Shown in pieces: positions 26,001 to 41,000 of a stretch of 64,000 bases of DNA. This DNA comes from Leucoraja erinacea (Eukaryota). Under the pieces are notes generated by a model. The model was not told the origin of the DNA. It saw only the letters and a list, made by a program, of their open reading frames with translations, and did no database searches. Numbering within the stretch: the stretch's first letter is position 1; the number at the start of each line of letters is the position of its first letter. The DNA lies in the NCBI RefSeq assembly GCF_028641065.1, contig NC_073390.1, positions 47,616,001 through 47,680,000 of the forward strand. The letters are read 5' to 3'. Made by a program: the position numbers and the translations under genes.

Positions 26001-29000
26001 CATCATTGTGCAGGAGAGATTTCCAATGATGACCACAGCTTAATTTCTTCATGCCCCCCCCCCCCCCCCCTTTGGATAGCAAACTCGTAATAATTTGGTT
26101 TTGCACATTATCTTCATATGCATTTCCCCTTTTAACTTCATTATTATTTAATTATTCACATCTTTCACTTTGACCTTGCCTTTCATTAACGTACGCATTA
26201 CCACATAGGAGGCCATTCGGCATTTCAGGTCTTTGCCAGCTACAACCAAAACAATCCCATCATTCTATTTGCCATAACTGTATTTCTCTATACACTACAC
26301 CTTGTTCTCTCTCATCCATCAACTCTTCTTTGATTCTTTGTCCTATTCTGAGCATACGATCACAGGGAATATGTGCAAAATCCACAATGGCAACACATGA
26401 CTTCAGGATCAAACCTGCATTCCTTGAGCTATGAGTTAGTTGGACTAACTGACGTCTCAGCATCTCACCCCTTTTCTTCCTCCCACAAGCAACCTACCCT
26501 TGCTTAAAAACATTGTATTTCAATCAAAGCAAAATACAGAGGACAGAAATCCAAATGAAAATCATTGCTAGAAATACCTAGCAGGTCAGACAACCATGAA
26601 ACAAGCTGAATTAATTTCTAGTGTTTCAACAGAATCATATGATGAATTTACATTTATCCTTTTAGAGCTCTAATGGAAGGTGATCTGCATGAAATGTGCA
26701 TTTTGTCTCTTCCGTTACACATGCAATATGCCCAGCTAGACATTTTGACTCTTAATTATTTTTTTTTTTAAACTTCTGTTGGAACTTACCTTCCTGCAGT
26801 TTTTATAGCAACTTGTGCTTTTGTAATGGAAGAGGAACAATCATCTATTTCTTTGTTAATTTTATCCAGTTTATCCTGTTGGGCTTTAAGTTTTTTATTA
26901 TTGATTTCAACAATAAGTTCATGCAATCGTTTCACCTCTGCTTCAATTTTTCCAGCCTTTGCTGCAGCCTTCTCGTACTCTGAAGAAAAAAAACAGGATT
27001 ACAGGATAGACGATTTTAATGCATCAATATTTTAATTCATCTAAAAATTATAGGCAGTTTAATTATATAATTGCTCAACAAATTTAAAGCATTCATTAAT
27101 GAATTTGGAGTGAAACATTTCCAAGTTCCAAGAAAAAGACTAAGTTTATGTGAAGCCCCAAATAATGGAAAAGATACACAACATTGAACACAAGCTAACC
27201 TTTCTTGTACGTATCCAGTGTCTTCTGTAGCTGTTTCTGTTTATTCTGATCAGGGACGACTGCGATCACATTTGCTTCAAAGTCCTTCACCTGAATTGTC
27301 AAGTGAGCTTCCTGTTCAGTCAGCCCCTAATTTAAACAAATATCTCATTGACTGATCATTCATCAAGTGATAGGATTTTAAATTTAACTGATTTCCAAGG
27401 ATAAACATTCCCACATAACTTGATAATATCACAACTATTCTTATAATCAATCTACATTATTTCTCCAATAGCTTGAGCTTGGTGTAGTAGACATAATAAG
27501 CAGAGGCATTTACAGATACAGGCTATGGATCACCAAGTAGAGTTTTGCACTTATGAGAAGCTACCTTAATTGTTAATCTTTAAGAACTGCAGCTGCTGGA
27601 AAAATCGAAGGTAGACAAAAAAGCTGGAGAAACTCAGCAGGTGAGGCAGCATCTATAGAGCGAAGGAATAGGTGACGTTTTTGGGTCAAGACCTGTCTTC
27701 AGACTGATGTCGGGGGGGGGGGGGGGGGGGGGGGGGGAGGCGGAGATCTTTCCCCTCCCCAGGGCTCTCCCAGGCGGAGATCTACCGTCCCCAGCTCTCC
27801 TTTAGCCTTTGTTCCACCCTTCCCCCCCCCCCCCCCCCCCCCCCCCCCGATATCAGTCTGTCTAACCTATCTGAATGGCATTTGCAGTGGCAACCTGAAA
27901 TCAAATTCCATATTAAGAGTTCTGCTACTGATTATGTAGTTGATCCATTGGTACTTTAAAAAAGGAACCCGATTTGATAAATACATCACAAAAACATAAT
28001 TTCAAAATTACAAACCTGAATACTTGCTGTGTATTTTTCCAATGTATTTTTCATCTCCCTGATGCTCTGTCGCATTTTTACCACCTTTTCCTCCAAATGA
28101 CCTTTCTGTTCTTGGTATTTCTGTGCCATTGCCAAGTCCTTTTGCAATTTAGCCTCCATTTTTTCCATCTATTTTGACGTAAAAATATTTTTTAAATTGA
28201 ACTCACTTTTGTACTGAAAACCAAAGAACTTGATTGATGGACATTAGTTTAAACACAAAAATCTTAAGATATCTTAATTACTTAAGAAATTGGGTTTGAG
28301 AAATGATCAAGCTACATAACTAAACAGGAATGCTGACGCTAATATAGCTGCTGTTTATAACCAGGGTAGCACAAGTTGATGGCCTTCCCTCAACATGAAC
28401 CATTGGACAATTGAAATATTAGACATTCACTTACCTCCTCTGGTGTAGTTTCAACGACTAATGAAGATCCCATTCTTCCCTTCATTATTTTTCTCCCTCC
28501 ACCTGTCATGGTACCTGAAGCAATTGGAGTTACAAGAGAATAGATCACATAAATGTTTTTATTACAAAATTAATGCGTCTTAGAATTTGATTACTACCTC
28601 ACAGGCACTGCTCTGATAGTTACATATAATAAAATGGTTTATCGCTTCATAACGGGTGGCACATTGTTACATACCCGGACCAAAAATATTTTATATATTT
28701 TATGATTGTGTGTAAATTCTGTGAGTTCAAACACATCAATTAAAATAATCAGTTTTCAAAATCTTGTTGCATGCAGTTAATTTTACATTATGAAAGAACG
28801 GATTCAGTTGAAAATATGGTTGAATCTTCACATATTTGCATTAAACATATTCTATGCATAACTTTCCCATCAAATCTCTTAAAACCAATGCCATCTCATT
28901 TTTGATATCCCTCCCATGGGCAAAAGATCCTGATCATCTCCACCATCAAAGTCTCATAAAATGTATATTTGTCAAATTCTCAGCCTCCTTAAAGGACATT

Positions 29001-32000
29001 TTTTAGAACGGAGACAGGAAACATTTTTTCTCAGAGAGTTGTGAGTCTGTGGAATTCTCTGCCTCAGAGGGCGGTGGAGGCAGGTTCTCTGGATGCTTTC
29101 AAGACAGCTCGATAGGGCTCTTAAAAATAGCGGAGTCAGGGGATATGGGGAGAAGGCAGGAACGGGGTACTGATTGGGGATGATCAGCCATGATCACATT
29201 GAATGGCCTACTCCTGCACCTATTGTCAGCCTATCCAATCTCTTCCAATAATTAGTTATCCTTTTAAAAACTTGTCTGAAAAGAGAAAATGCCTAAATAT
29301 ATCAAGATAGGCCGACTCCAACACTTTTGCAGAGATGCTACGTGTTGGATAAAATATCTAAGACAAAAGTAGCATCTTCTGGTCTGCTTCTTATGGACTC
29401 AAATAAGGACATGCAATATCCTGCCGTCTTCCCAGCTCTATGTCAGCCTGCAAGGATAAAATTCTGCTGCAACCAGTCCCATTCAAATAAACTGAGAGAC
29501 AATGAGTGAGGGATTTTGGTATTGCAAAAGTAAAAACATTTTAAACTTTTAACAAGATTTGCGTAATAAAATGTCAAAATCGCTGTCAAACATTCAATAG
29601 ACCGAATTAACCTGCAGCATTGCCCACTCTCTTCCCAGATTCATGGGCTGATACTGACATTCTGTTCAGCTAAATAAAGCAAAAGGGTTGGCACACAAAA
29701 GTTGAAAAGCCAGGGTCCCAGAAGAAGTCTGCTACTGTGATTTTGGGGATCAGAAGATTTGTGCCAATCAACTGGAGGAAAGCTTCAGGTTAAAAAATAA
29801 ATAAATCACAATTCCACAATTGAATAATCAACCACCCATGCTTCAAAGAAAGTTTCCTTTATGTTTTTTTTGTTTAAATTAACTGACAGGATAAAAGGAC
29901 AATTAGCACGCCTGTAGAAAAGATGATACTAATACATTGTTTCATAATTTCATCTTCCAACATACCTGACTGCTCTATTATCTGTCCCTGCAGTGTTACC
30001 ACTCTCCAACGCTTGTCCTTCTGGAATGCAACACGTGTTGCTTGCTCTAGGTCGTTAGCAACAAGTGTGTCACGAAGTGCAAAGTAAAATGCTGGACGTA
30101 TAGTTTCATTGTTGATTTTAACTAAATCAAACAGACGGGGAATGTTTTCTGGAGTCTTGATTTTATCAATACTTCGTTCCCAAACTTTCATCTGCAGAAA
30201 ATATTAAAAGTTAGCATAATATAATAGAATTAGTTTAACCAAACACATTTGAATTCAAAAGAGTATTGTACCTTATCCAAAGCAATAAAAGTTGCAACTC
30301 CAATATTTTGTTTTTTCAGGAAATTAACACACTCTTGGGCCTTATCAATTGTGTCGACAACAATGTTATCCAAGGCACCACAACAGGAGGAGATCGCAAC
30401 GTCGTATTTTTCATCAATGGCACCCAGATCACCCTGAAATACAAAATATGCCATGACCAAAAAAAAAAAAAAATGCAATTCAACTTGAATTCAGGATTCC
30501 TGTACCAGTGGAATATATTTCACATATCCCTCTTACCAATCTTCCATGGATTCCGAGGATTTTACCAGTGTTCTTTTGCTGCATTAGAGCCTCCAAGACT
30601 CTGCCCCGACTGCGATTTACTGTTAACGAGCTTTTTGCTTCTTCAACCTTTTGTCGGAGCTCATAAACAGTATTCCGGATCTGAGCATCAGAATGAATTA
30701 ATTTTTCAAGTTCCTTTTCATCCTAGAAAGGATACAAAATAATCTAATATGACTATTGTATATTAAACTGAGAAAAACACAATTTTAACATTACACTGAG
30801 CCACAGTTTAGAATTTGATTCATATTAAACTATATCACACAAAAAACAAGTCGTAAAAAGAATGGACCAAAGCTTGTTAGAAGGTCGCCAATTCCACATG
30901 GAGGAAAGAGCATTAGCTCTTTGAAAGCTGTTCTTTGCTATTAAATGGACCCGCAAGTTGCAAACCAAAAAAACAAGTAGCACCATTATAAAAAATCAGT
31001 AAAAAATTGTGATACTTCAAAGTAGTAACATCCTACTTTAATAATTGATATACAAGAGACAAAATATCTTCTTAAGTCTTTCTGTGCTAATACCCTGCCT
31101 TTTTACATCCTCTCCCCTACCAACTTTGCAACATGCAATTTCCAATGGCCACACACACAAAACACAAGCCCTTGATTTCTTATCGCTCCAAGTTAATCCA
31201 GCCAATGCATCTTTGCTGCTTTGATGTACTGTTCCAAAGTTGGAAAGGAAAAAAACTCACTTCAGGTCAACGACCTTGTTTCCAACACAATGAAAGATCA
31301 TCTCCCTGAAGTATTAACTCTGATCATTTTTCCAGAGATGCTACCTATGCATTTTCACCTTCAACATTTACTAGCCACTTTTAAAACACTGGCCTCCCTT
31401 TTCATTTGTGAGCAAAGATTTCTACTTGAATAATGCAAAGCACAGCAAACACCAAGACCCTGTAGAGCCCAAGGCAAACAACATTCTAAAAGCAACACAA
31501 TGCCATTTAGAGAATGCCATTACTATCTCAGTTAATAAAATATTGGATCCCCCACAACAAATCCAAAGCAAGGCCTGCAACAAGGTAAATGCCCAATAGA
31601 CTTTGGTATTACACAATCGCAGTACTGTGATCTACACAGGATTCTTGCCAGCTCTAACTGTAATTTCAAAGAATTCTGACTCGAGTTGTTTTATGCACAG
31701 AGATTGTAAGGTTTCTTATATGCTACATCTACGCAAACTTTTGGACATGCTAATAATCACACGTGAATGCAAGTTGCTCACTAAAATGTATGAATATGCA
31801 GGGTGCCTCTGGGTAAAGAATGAGTTTTGTTGTTACAGACGCTGATTTTATTCGCAAGTAAGAATGAACACACGTAGTAGCATGTCGGACCTTTCAATTT
31901 AATAAATGTTATGAGATTGTTTGTATGTAGGGATGTCCATAAGTTGCCGTTTGCAACTTGCGGAAGGTTTGTACAGATTGCTAGAAAAACGTCTTTCAAA

Positions 32001-35000
32001 ATTAACTAGTGTACTTATCTAACCTTATGCAATTCCTGTTGATTCTGTGGTATTTTGGTTTCCAATTCTTTAATTGCTGTTTTTCTTTCTTTAAGTGTAC
32101 TAGTAGTGGTCGTTAGGGTTTCCTTGGCCTGATTGAGTTGGCCCAAAGCAGATTTATGGCGACTGAGGTAGATATCCAGCTCCGACTGAGCTACATCCAT
32201 CTTTGATCGAGCCCCATTTACCGCTTTACTCAACTCCATGAGCTCCTTTTCATTCACCTATAGATAAAAAGGCACCATAACATGACAAACATTAAAATTA
32301 TTAGCTAACATACATAAGTTTAAAAAATAAAATTACCAGCCACTTTTGAAAGCTTTTTTTTTCCTCACTTCAGCAAGTGTCATTTCATTGCCAATATTCA
32401 TGCAAAATAACCATCTTCTGAAATAGTAGAATTTATCATAATTCAGGGATTCAGTCATAGAACCTTGAAATAGACCTTTTGACCCAACTTGCTCATGCTG
32501 ATACTATTGTCTAACTAAGCTGGTCCCATTTGCCTGTGATGGCACATGTCCCTCTGCCAACCTTAGTGAAATTCATTTTGCCACTCCTAAACTTAAATCA
32601 CTGCATATTATTATCCGCTCCCATCTTCTATTGCAATGATTACATTTATATTATACCTCTTTTTCTTCCTGTAATCCTCGCGTTTCTTGTTTGAGACTCT
32701 CCATTACTTTCCTCAGCTTTTCTTCTTCATTTATTTTATTCTGTTCAAGCTTTTCTTTTCCAACTGTTGCTTCTCTGATGACATTTTCACTATCACTGGG
32801 TACATTTTTCAAATCATCCAACTATCATTAGTAACAAAAAAAGCAAAAGTTATAGCACGTATAAGAATGACAGTTAACTAAAAATCTTGTCTGTCACAAC
32901 CACATTCTGATTGAGATGTATAGGCACAAACAGCACTCAAAAGACAGCACCCATGCTGAAGTGACAGTTCGGAGTAAATAATTGGGGACCATTCGTATAT
33001 CTCTATAATATTAAAAGTCTTCGTCGTGTGTGTGTGTAGTTAATTTTTATTTTCTTCCAAACATTAGGCAGCCTTCCCATTTTCACACATCCTGCTCACA
33101 TTCTTCCCGTTGCATTCCCACCTATATTTCTGAAGTTATTAATCGTTTAAAGTTTTTAAACTAGCCCAAAAACTCACCCATTTCGGAAAAAAAACGAGTG
33201 ACGTCACAATGCACTCGCAAGGCAGGACGGGACACTCCGGGAGGGAGGTATTTTCACACATCCTGCATGAGAAATAGCGGTGGCTGCCGGCGCCCGACAG
33301 GGAGGGTAGTGCTGGAGCTGGAGGTAGGTCCGAGCCCGGGGCTTGGGATGGGGCTGAGAAAGAAGCCGCCGCTGGAACCAAGGACGAGCCTAGGTCCGGG
33401 GTCAGGGACGAGCCCAGAGATGAAGTCGGGGGCCTGCACTGGAGCCCAGGCGGCGGCTGAGCTGACGGCTGGAGTCTACAGCCAGGTCCGGGCCGAGTAC
33501 GAGAACCAGGGCCAGTTTCAGGCCCTGCTCTACAAACTGGGCAGATCCTGGGGCAGGGAATGGAGGTGAGGGGAGGAGGATGAGGGAAATGAGGAGCACG
33601 GAGATGGGGTGGGGGTTGGTTTGCTAGAGGGAGATGAGAGAGGGTGTGTGGAGGAGGGAGATGGGGAGGTGTGGAGGGAGATGGGGAGGGGTGGAGGGAG
33701 ATGCCCACTGCCACCCTCTCTAGCCCTCTTCACCCCCTCCCCCTTCTCTAGGGATTGGGGGGGGGGGGGGGGGGGGTAGAGGAAGAGAAGGGAGTGCTGA
33801 GGCACGAGGGGAAATGAGCCGCGCCTACGTAGTTGGGGGCTATGCGCGAGTGGTGCAATATTGCAGACCACGAGTGAATGGTGCAATATACCAACGTGTC
33901 TGTACTTGGTCTAGTGTCCTATAAAATTTAGAAGCCGTCTCAAAGTCAGCTATTAGCGACTAAACTTTAAACTCCTTGAAGAAAAGTGTGAATTCTTCAG
34001 CTTTCAATGTTAATTTCAATTAACATGATGTGACATGCTACTCAATTCTCCCGAGTCGCACAGATGCAATTGTACGAAAAACAAAATTATAAAATGGAAA
34101 GCATCTTCTTAGTATTATCACTTTTAGTGCATTGGACAACACCCCCGCCCCCCCCCCCCAACCCACAAGCCTTAAATGCCCGCAAATTAAAATTTAGGTC
34201 TTTCGTATGTACCATATATAAATATTTCGATTTTACAGGCAGCTGGGGGGAGTGTTAAATATCACCCTTCTCTTTTCAAGAGAAAAGAGACCCTGAACAC
34301 TCATTCTTCCACATTCCCCATGCAATTCCAGTATCCTTGCACATCACTATCTATAGAAGATGACCAGAACGGTGCAATAATACTCAAAATAGAATACAAA
34401 TCAAGATCAGGTAAGATATTTAAGTTTTAATCCAATCCTAGAAATAAACTAGTTTGATTTGTATTTTAAAGAAATAGCCACTTTAATCTGCAGCACTACA
34501 ACATCCTTATACTTGGATTCCCAGATTCATCAGTTTTGGTACCCCTTTTAAATTATTAAAATATACATACAAATCCAGATTAAAGAGTAATACAGAGATC
34601 TCCAAAGAAGATTTACTAATGGTGTTTCTGTAAATACAGCACTCAGCACTTCCAGGTTATTTTCCTGTTTTTATGTAATATTCCCATTGTTTCATATCCT
34701 GTTTTTTTTTTAAAGTAGTATAGATCATGGTGTATCGCCAAAATAATGAGATGAAGCAAAAAAATAAATAAATCTGTTTTTACAACTAAAAATATCAGAA
34801 CAGGAACAGTGGTTAGAAATTGTGCGAGACATCTTTAATATGGAGAAATTGACATATTCCTTGAGAGTCAAGGAGAATTCATTTGAGAAGATCTGGGAAA
34901 AATGGACTGTTTATTTGAGCCATGACACCAATTAGATAAATGCAGAGCTAGACATGGGAAGATTGCGTTATATAGAACTAGATGGTATGTTTGTATGAAT

Positions 35001-38000
35001 GATGAATTATCTCCAGATAACTAATCAATGTAATGGTTTTTCTTTTTTTTAATTTGGTAAGTGAACCACACGGTCTTATTCCAATTTTTTTTTTAATTTA
35101 CTTTTCTCTCCCATCTACTTATTTTTTTATTTTGATTGCTGTTTTTCTTACTTTGTTTTATTTATGGTGATGGTGTTGCACTGTTTTGAAAATATCTCTT
35201 AAAAATCAATAAAAATTTAAATGAAAAAAATCAGAAATGTCCTTGTGTTTACTTGCAACATTTTTCAAGCAGGAATTCATCAAACCCGTAGGCTAATTTT
35301 TACCAGAAAGATTACATTAATTTTGCAATTAAATATCTATACATGCCCAAATTCTGAATATGCAGATTTTTTTTCATTCATCACCCGATAAGATGGTTTT
35401 CTGATGCCCCAAGTTTTTGGAACAGAACGCAAGTAGCGGTTGCCCCTTTGGTCACATTGTGAAATGTATGATTTTAAAACAGAGCAAGCGTTTTTAATAT
35501 TTATTGTTTCTTTTTTATGTTTAAGCTTTCCATTGAAATACTTAGATCATAGAAAATAGGTGCAGGAGGAGGCCATTCGAGCCAGCACCGCCATTCATTG
35601 TGATCATGGCTGATCGTCCCCTGTCTTCTCCCCATATCCCTTAATTCCACTAGCCCCAAGAGCTCTAACTCATTGAGGTCTATCTAACTTAATAATGAAT
35701 ATAACTTAAAATCATGAAATAAAAATCTAGTTTGCTCACCTATTTTAGCAATGTCTCATTCTGTCGTCCCTCCCGTTGTCTAAAGCTGTCAACGCTATTT
35801 ATAGCGCTATAACGGTTTTTTTTTGCACTCGTCAAGATTTAAAGAAAAATTCAAACAACCCGATTATAATGATCTTGGTGGGTTAAGAGCCAACATTTTG
35901 TAAGGGAGCTTAGAAATCAGTAAGTGTCTTATAAATAATTTTTTCCCTCAAATTTTGAAAGTATTTCATTTTGATCACAAATTAGCTTAAAAGGATCATA
36001 GGTAGGCCCATTTTTAATGCTGTGGTATTTCATTACGATTTAATAACTTTCAAATTTGACCAGCCATGTCCCCTTATTTACGGAAACACCCATATCCAGA
36101 TCCTCCTAGAAAAACATTCAATCAGGATGACAACCTAACCAGAGTGGTGATGCTCATCCATGCAAAAAGCTGAGACAGCTTTAAAAGCCATGCAGTGCAA
36201 GGAACACATTCAAACAAGAGCCACAGGTGCTTGGGTTCATCTCTGATGAGGGTTTGGCACATTTTCTGATGGGAAAGGTGTAAATAATATCAAGCGAACC
36301 ATATCAAGGGGTGGCACAGCAGTAGAGTTAAAACACCAGAGATCCAGGTTTGATCCTCACTACGGGTGCTGTATGTATCAAGCACCTTCTACGTGACCAC
36401 ATGTGTTTTCTCTGGGTGCTTGGGTTTCCTCACACATTCCAAAGAAGTATAGGTTTGTATGTTAATTGGCTTTTGTAAAATTGGAAGTTGTGCATAGTGT
36501 GTAGGATAGCATTAGTGTACAGGGTGATTGCTCCATGGACTCAGTGGGCCAAAGGCCCGTTTCCACACTGCATCTAAAAGTCTAATAATCATAAGATTGT
36601 GCAGAAATATTCCAAATTTGGTTTAACCAAGATTTAATACTGATTTATTTTAATGATAGCACACAGAAGCTACAATTGATAGTATGTCACTTTTTTGCCT
36701 CTTTCAGATGAATATTGCTCACTGGCATTAAACAAGCTGTGTAACTATCTCAATATGTATTTAAACGAACAAACTTTACCTTCTCTGCATCTTTCTGTAG
36801 TTGTTTCTGCAATTTCTTCTCTTTACTTTTTGAATGCTTCAATTTTTCTTGGACTTTCACATCTTGCAAATCAAACTCTGCAAACTTTCCCTTTTTCTCC
36901 TCAATGTACGTGGTAATTTTACCCATTTTTCTATAAAATATTAACCAATAATTCTTCATGTTCATGTGACATAACAACTTGGATTACACCCATTTTTCCT
37001 TTCAGGTGACGATAATTTTCACTCTTTAAAAAAAATCAGCTTGAAGTCTGGTAATTATTTGATTTTAGAAGGATTAACCCAGATGGCATCTACAAATTTC
37101 TAAGATAGCCATCAGCAATCTGAAGCAGGAACAGAGGTTCATTCCCCGACAGCCTTTCAATGGTTGACATTCACCCAAGCCATGATTAATTACAGCTTGT
37201 GTCAGCAACTACGTAAATATCTTCTCTGCTCAACATGCACTTTCCCCTTCTTTAAAATGTGAAAATCATGAAAGAAAAATGTAAAAGACCGTATTTTGCA
37301 TTTATCTGGTGCCTTTGACATTGAAGACAACAAATTAATCAAAACAAAGGGGGAATTTATGGTTAGAATGTGAAGTCTCCAAAGAGAGTCTTTCTTTAAG
37401 TGGATTTATAATGCAAGTCAAGTGTTCTAACATTATAGAATATTTGAGTTCGATTACAATGGTTCAGGAACAAAAAGATCTTGGGATACATGAGCATGAT
37501 CATATCATGGGCATGTTAAAAAAAAAAAAAAAAGGGTTCACATCCTCGCCAGCTTACGAACACCCCACTCATGTATAGCCTGTACTTAAGAGTGAATGTT
37601 CAGGAGACTGGCAGAACTGATTTGCCAGTTGATGCAGGCAGTATCTGCCGCGTGGGAACTCAAGTTCTCACCGGCTGCATTTCCCACTTGCAACTGCCGG
37701 TCGGTATTACGAGTGGTTCTCATGAATGGAATCCTGTCATAACCTGGCGAGGACCTATGTTGGATTTTGGGCTTCATAAGTAGAGGAATGGATGGGAAGT
37801 GTTTTTTCTTTCATGATTTTCAAAATAATGGCCAATCTTATTTTTAAAAGTCCATTGGCTCACCCATAGCTGGGAAATTGCATCCAATTCTGGACTCTAC
37901 ACTTTAGGGCAGAGATTGAGAGGAGTTAAAAGCATGTAAAATCGTGAAGCTTGCAGCCCAATAAGAGATTAACATTTTCCACATCAAATATGGGCAGATA

Positions 38001-41000
38001 CAAGACAACACTTAGAACAGGTTCATGACTTACTTTTCAAATTGCTTCAAAGCATTAATTTTGACTTTTATATCCCCCTCAAGTTTGGCACTTTTATCAC
38101 GTGTATCCTGCGTATCTTCATGAATTTTTTGCTTCTGTTCCCCCATATCAGCAATTCCTCTCTGCACTTCATGGCTAGTGAGAGGTCAATGATGGGAGAG
38201 GAAAGGAAAAACAAAAAAAAAAACGGTTTAAATTACGATCAACCAGAAACCAATGAAAATCTACTTTGATGACAAATAAAGAGTGCCAGTTAAAATTGTT
38301 TATCAGTACAATAGATCGAAATAGGGAATCTAATTGCAAATATGCATTTCAAATGTTTCTAGTACTCAGAGAATATTTTAAAATATATAAAAATAGTGAT
38401 AAAAATAGATTAAAGTCAGTGAATTTCTAAGACATACATATAATAACGCAAGACACAATTCTTCTTCTTGACAATTTCATTTTCCAATGCAAGAAACTCA
38501 AGTGCATGATTTTTTTCTCCTTCCAAAGCATCCTTTTCTTTTTCCACAATCTTCACCCTATTAAGCTAATGTGGAAAAGTTTAATTAATCAAATTGCATT
38601 TCATTGCAAAAAAAACACAGGTTTAATAAATGCATTCATTTTATATCAAAATAGTTCTGTGGAAATTCTCCATTTAAATCACAATTTATAAGGCCCCATT
38701 TAAGTAGTTATATCCTTGAGCATAGAGACCATTGGCCAATTTACTCGTCAATCCATCAAGCCACTGCAAAGCCGCCTTTGTCAAAATTGATTTTCCGCAC
38801 TCTTCACATTTCCTCTCCAAATTGCTCCAGCTTTTAATCAGCAAGAATTGGTGAGGTTACTATTCCCTTTGCTCTGACTCAGAAAATCCGTATCACAAAT
38901 CCACCCCCACCCCTAAGAAAATGGGGCTGCAAAATTGTAATTGCGCTCAACCTCCAATAGAGCAACATTTATTTTGGGAAATTCAACCTACATTTCAGAG
39001 AGATCTTCATTTGATTGTTGAAACTTTACTTAAAAGAATGAAGACTTCCGTGGGCTGAAAGGAAAGCAGCTGGAGTAGGTAATAAGGGGTTGGGGACTAA
39101 TATTACATTTCGGATTTCCCCATAGATTGCACTCGTGCCATACTTAAGACAGAATCATCTATGCCACTTTATCAAACTACCAGCATTTAATTGTAGTCAA
39201 AGTTGCTCCCTGTGGCACCTTGTGCAAATGGATAGGAAAGGTTTGGCCCATATCCCTCTAAAAGCGAGCTGGTGGGACTAGCGTAGATGGTTGACATGGG
39301 CAAGCCGGGCCAAGGGCCTGTTTCCATGCTTATGACTCTACGACTCTAGTATGACCACTGAATAGTGCCAGCCTGTGAAGGTATTTCACACTCCAAGAAG
39401 AACATATCCAACAGTTCTCATCACTCCAGTATTTATCGTTAAAGCAACACCAGAGTGCTGCAACCTATCTATTTATTAGCAAGGCATTGGTATCACAACG
39501 TTGAGAAAATGGCACGTGTGAACATTTACAATTGTTTCATATTCAGTGATGTGATGAAACCCCGAGAGTGTGGCGCTACAAGAAACCCAAATAATAGTGC
39601 TTTTGGAATCTTACAAGATTGTGCCACACGTGGGATGTCAAGACAAGACTGGGTGACAAACTATATTTAATTACATTAAAGTATAAAAGCAATTTTTAGC
39701 TCTGGTCTTGAATTGATTTTATTACAAATCCGCTCCAACACACTGGATGATATAATAAACACAATACTCTGTTTTAATTCACCTTACCAAGGCTCTACAC
39801 AGCCCTTCACAGAATCAAAGACGATGGATAATGTCACTAATTTACTCCACTGATGGACTATACAAGATAACCCAAAGTGCTATTGCAGTCATGAGCCTCA
39901 AACAGTAGACACGTCCAAGATTCAGGGTTTTCCTATCACCCAAAATCTATACTTTATAAATTTTACCATGATTTATGTATCATTGTCCTCCAATGTAAAA
40001 TGCTGCACTCTACACTGAATCATTTTATTTTCAAGAATTTAAGAACCACTTGATCCAATAAAACAACCTCCCTTTACAGTACTGATCTGATAAAGGACCA
40101 TGCTAGTCATAACAGTATTGACAGCTCACTTTACATTTTAGAATGCCATTTGATGTTTCAAGTAATTTGAAATGTACCTTTTCTCCTCTCTGTTCATTCA
40201 AAATCTCAACTCTGCGACAAAGTATCTGAATTGGCTCTTTGAGTCGCTCTGATCCAATTATATCTTCCAGATATTCTAGCATACCTTCATCGTGCTGATT
40301 TTGACCTTTTGGCTTCATCATGGCAATTTGCTCCACTTCACCCTGCAAAAGAGGCGAAACATGTAAGTGTCATAAAATTGGTAACACTCATACATGTTTA
40401 CAAAACATTTTTTAAAATACCAGTATAATAGATACCAATTCCCTGGTATCTATTATAATTGTTGTTATGTTTATTAACAACTACAATTAAATTCACAATT
40501 CAGACATCTATTCACTTTTGAATTTGATTAAAAAGTTCACAATTTTACACAAAATTCCAACAGGTTGCAATTAATTGTAAAAATACAAATGGTCATAATA
40601 CATTCTGCCAAAATAAAGAACTGCAGAAAAAATAGATCTCTATTTCTGAATAAAGGGAACTCGCAACTTTCTGGATGCAACTGAATTTGTGAATTGATGA
40701 GAACACACAACTAATAATGCCTGCAACATGAAGACTTTCTAAATATGCAAGCAAGAGGAACAGCTTCTTTCCGGCGGCTGTCACTCTACTAAACAACGTA
40801 CCTCGGTGACTGCCAATCACCCCCCCCCCCCCCGGACACTTATTATTTATTTTTTATTCAAATCGTTTGCTATGTCGCTCTTCAAGGGAGATGCTAAATG
40901 CATTTCGTTGTCTCTGTACTGTACACTGACAATGACAATTAAATTGAATCTGAATCTGAAGATAGGTCTATTAAACAATGACGCATAGATCGCAACAAAT

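Noticed and set aside
38130-38150. Possible frameshift in an SMC4 exon at homopolymer runs
   Set aside because: Recounting (5 G, 6 A on minus) gives an intact frame, and the 141-nt exon has matching phases.
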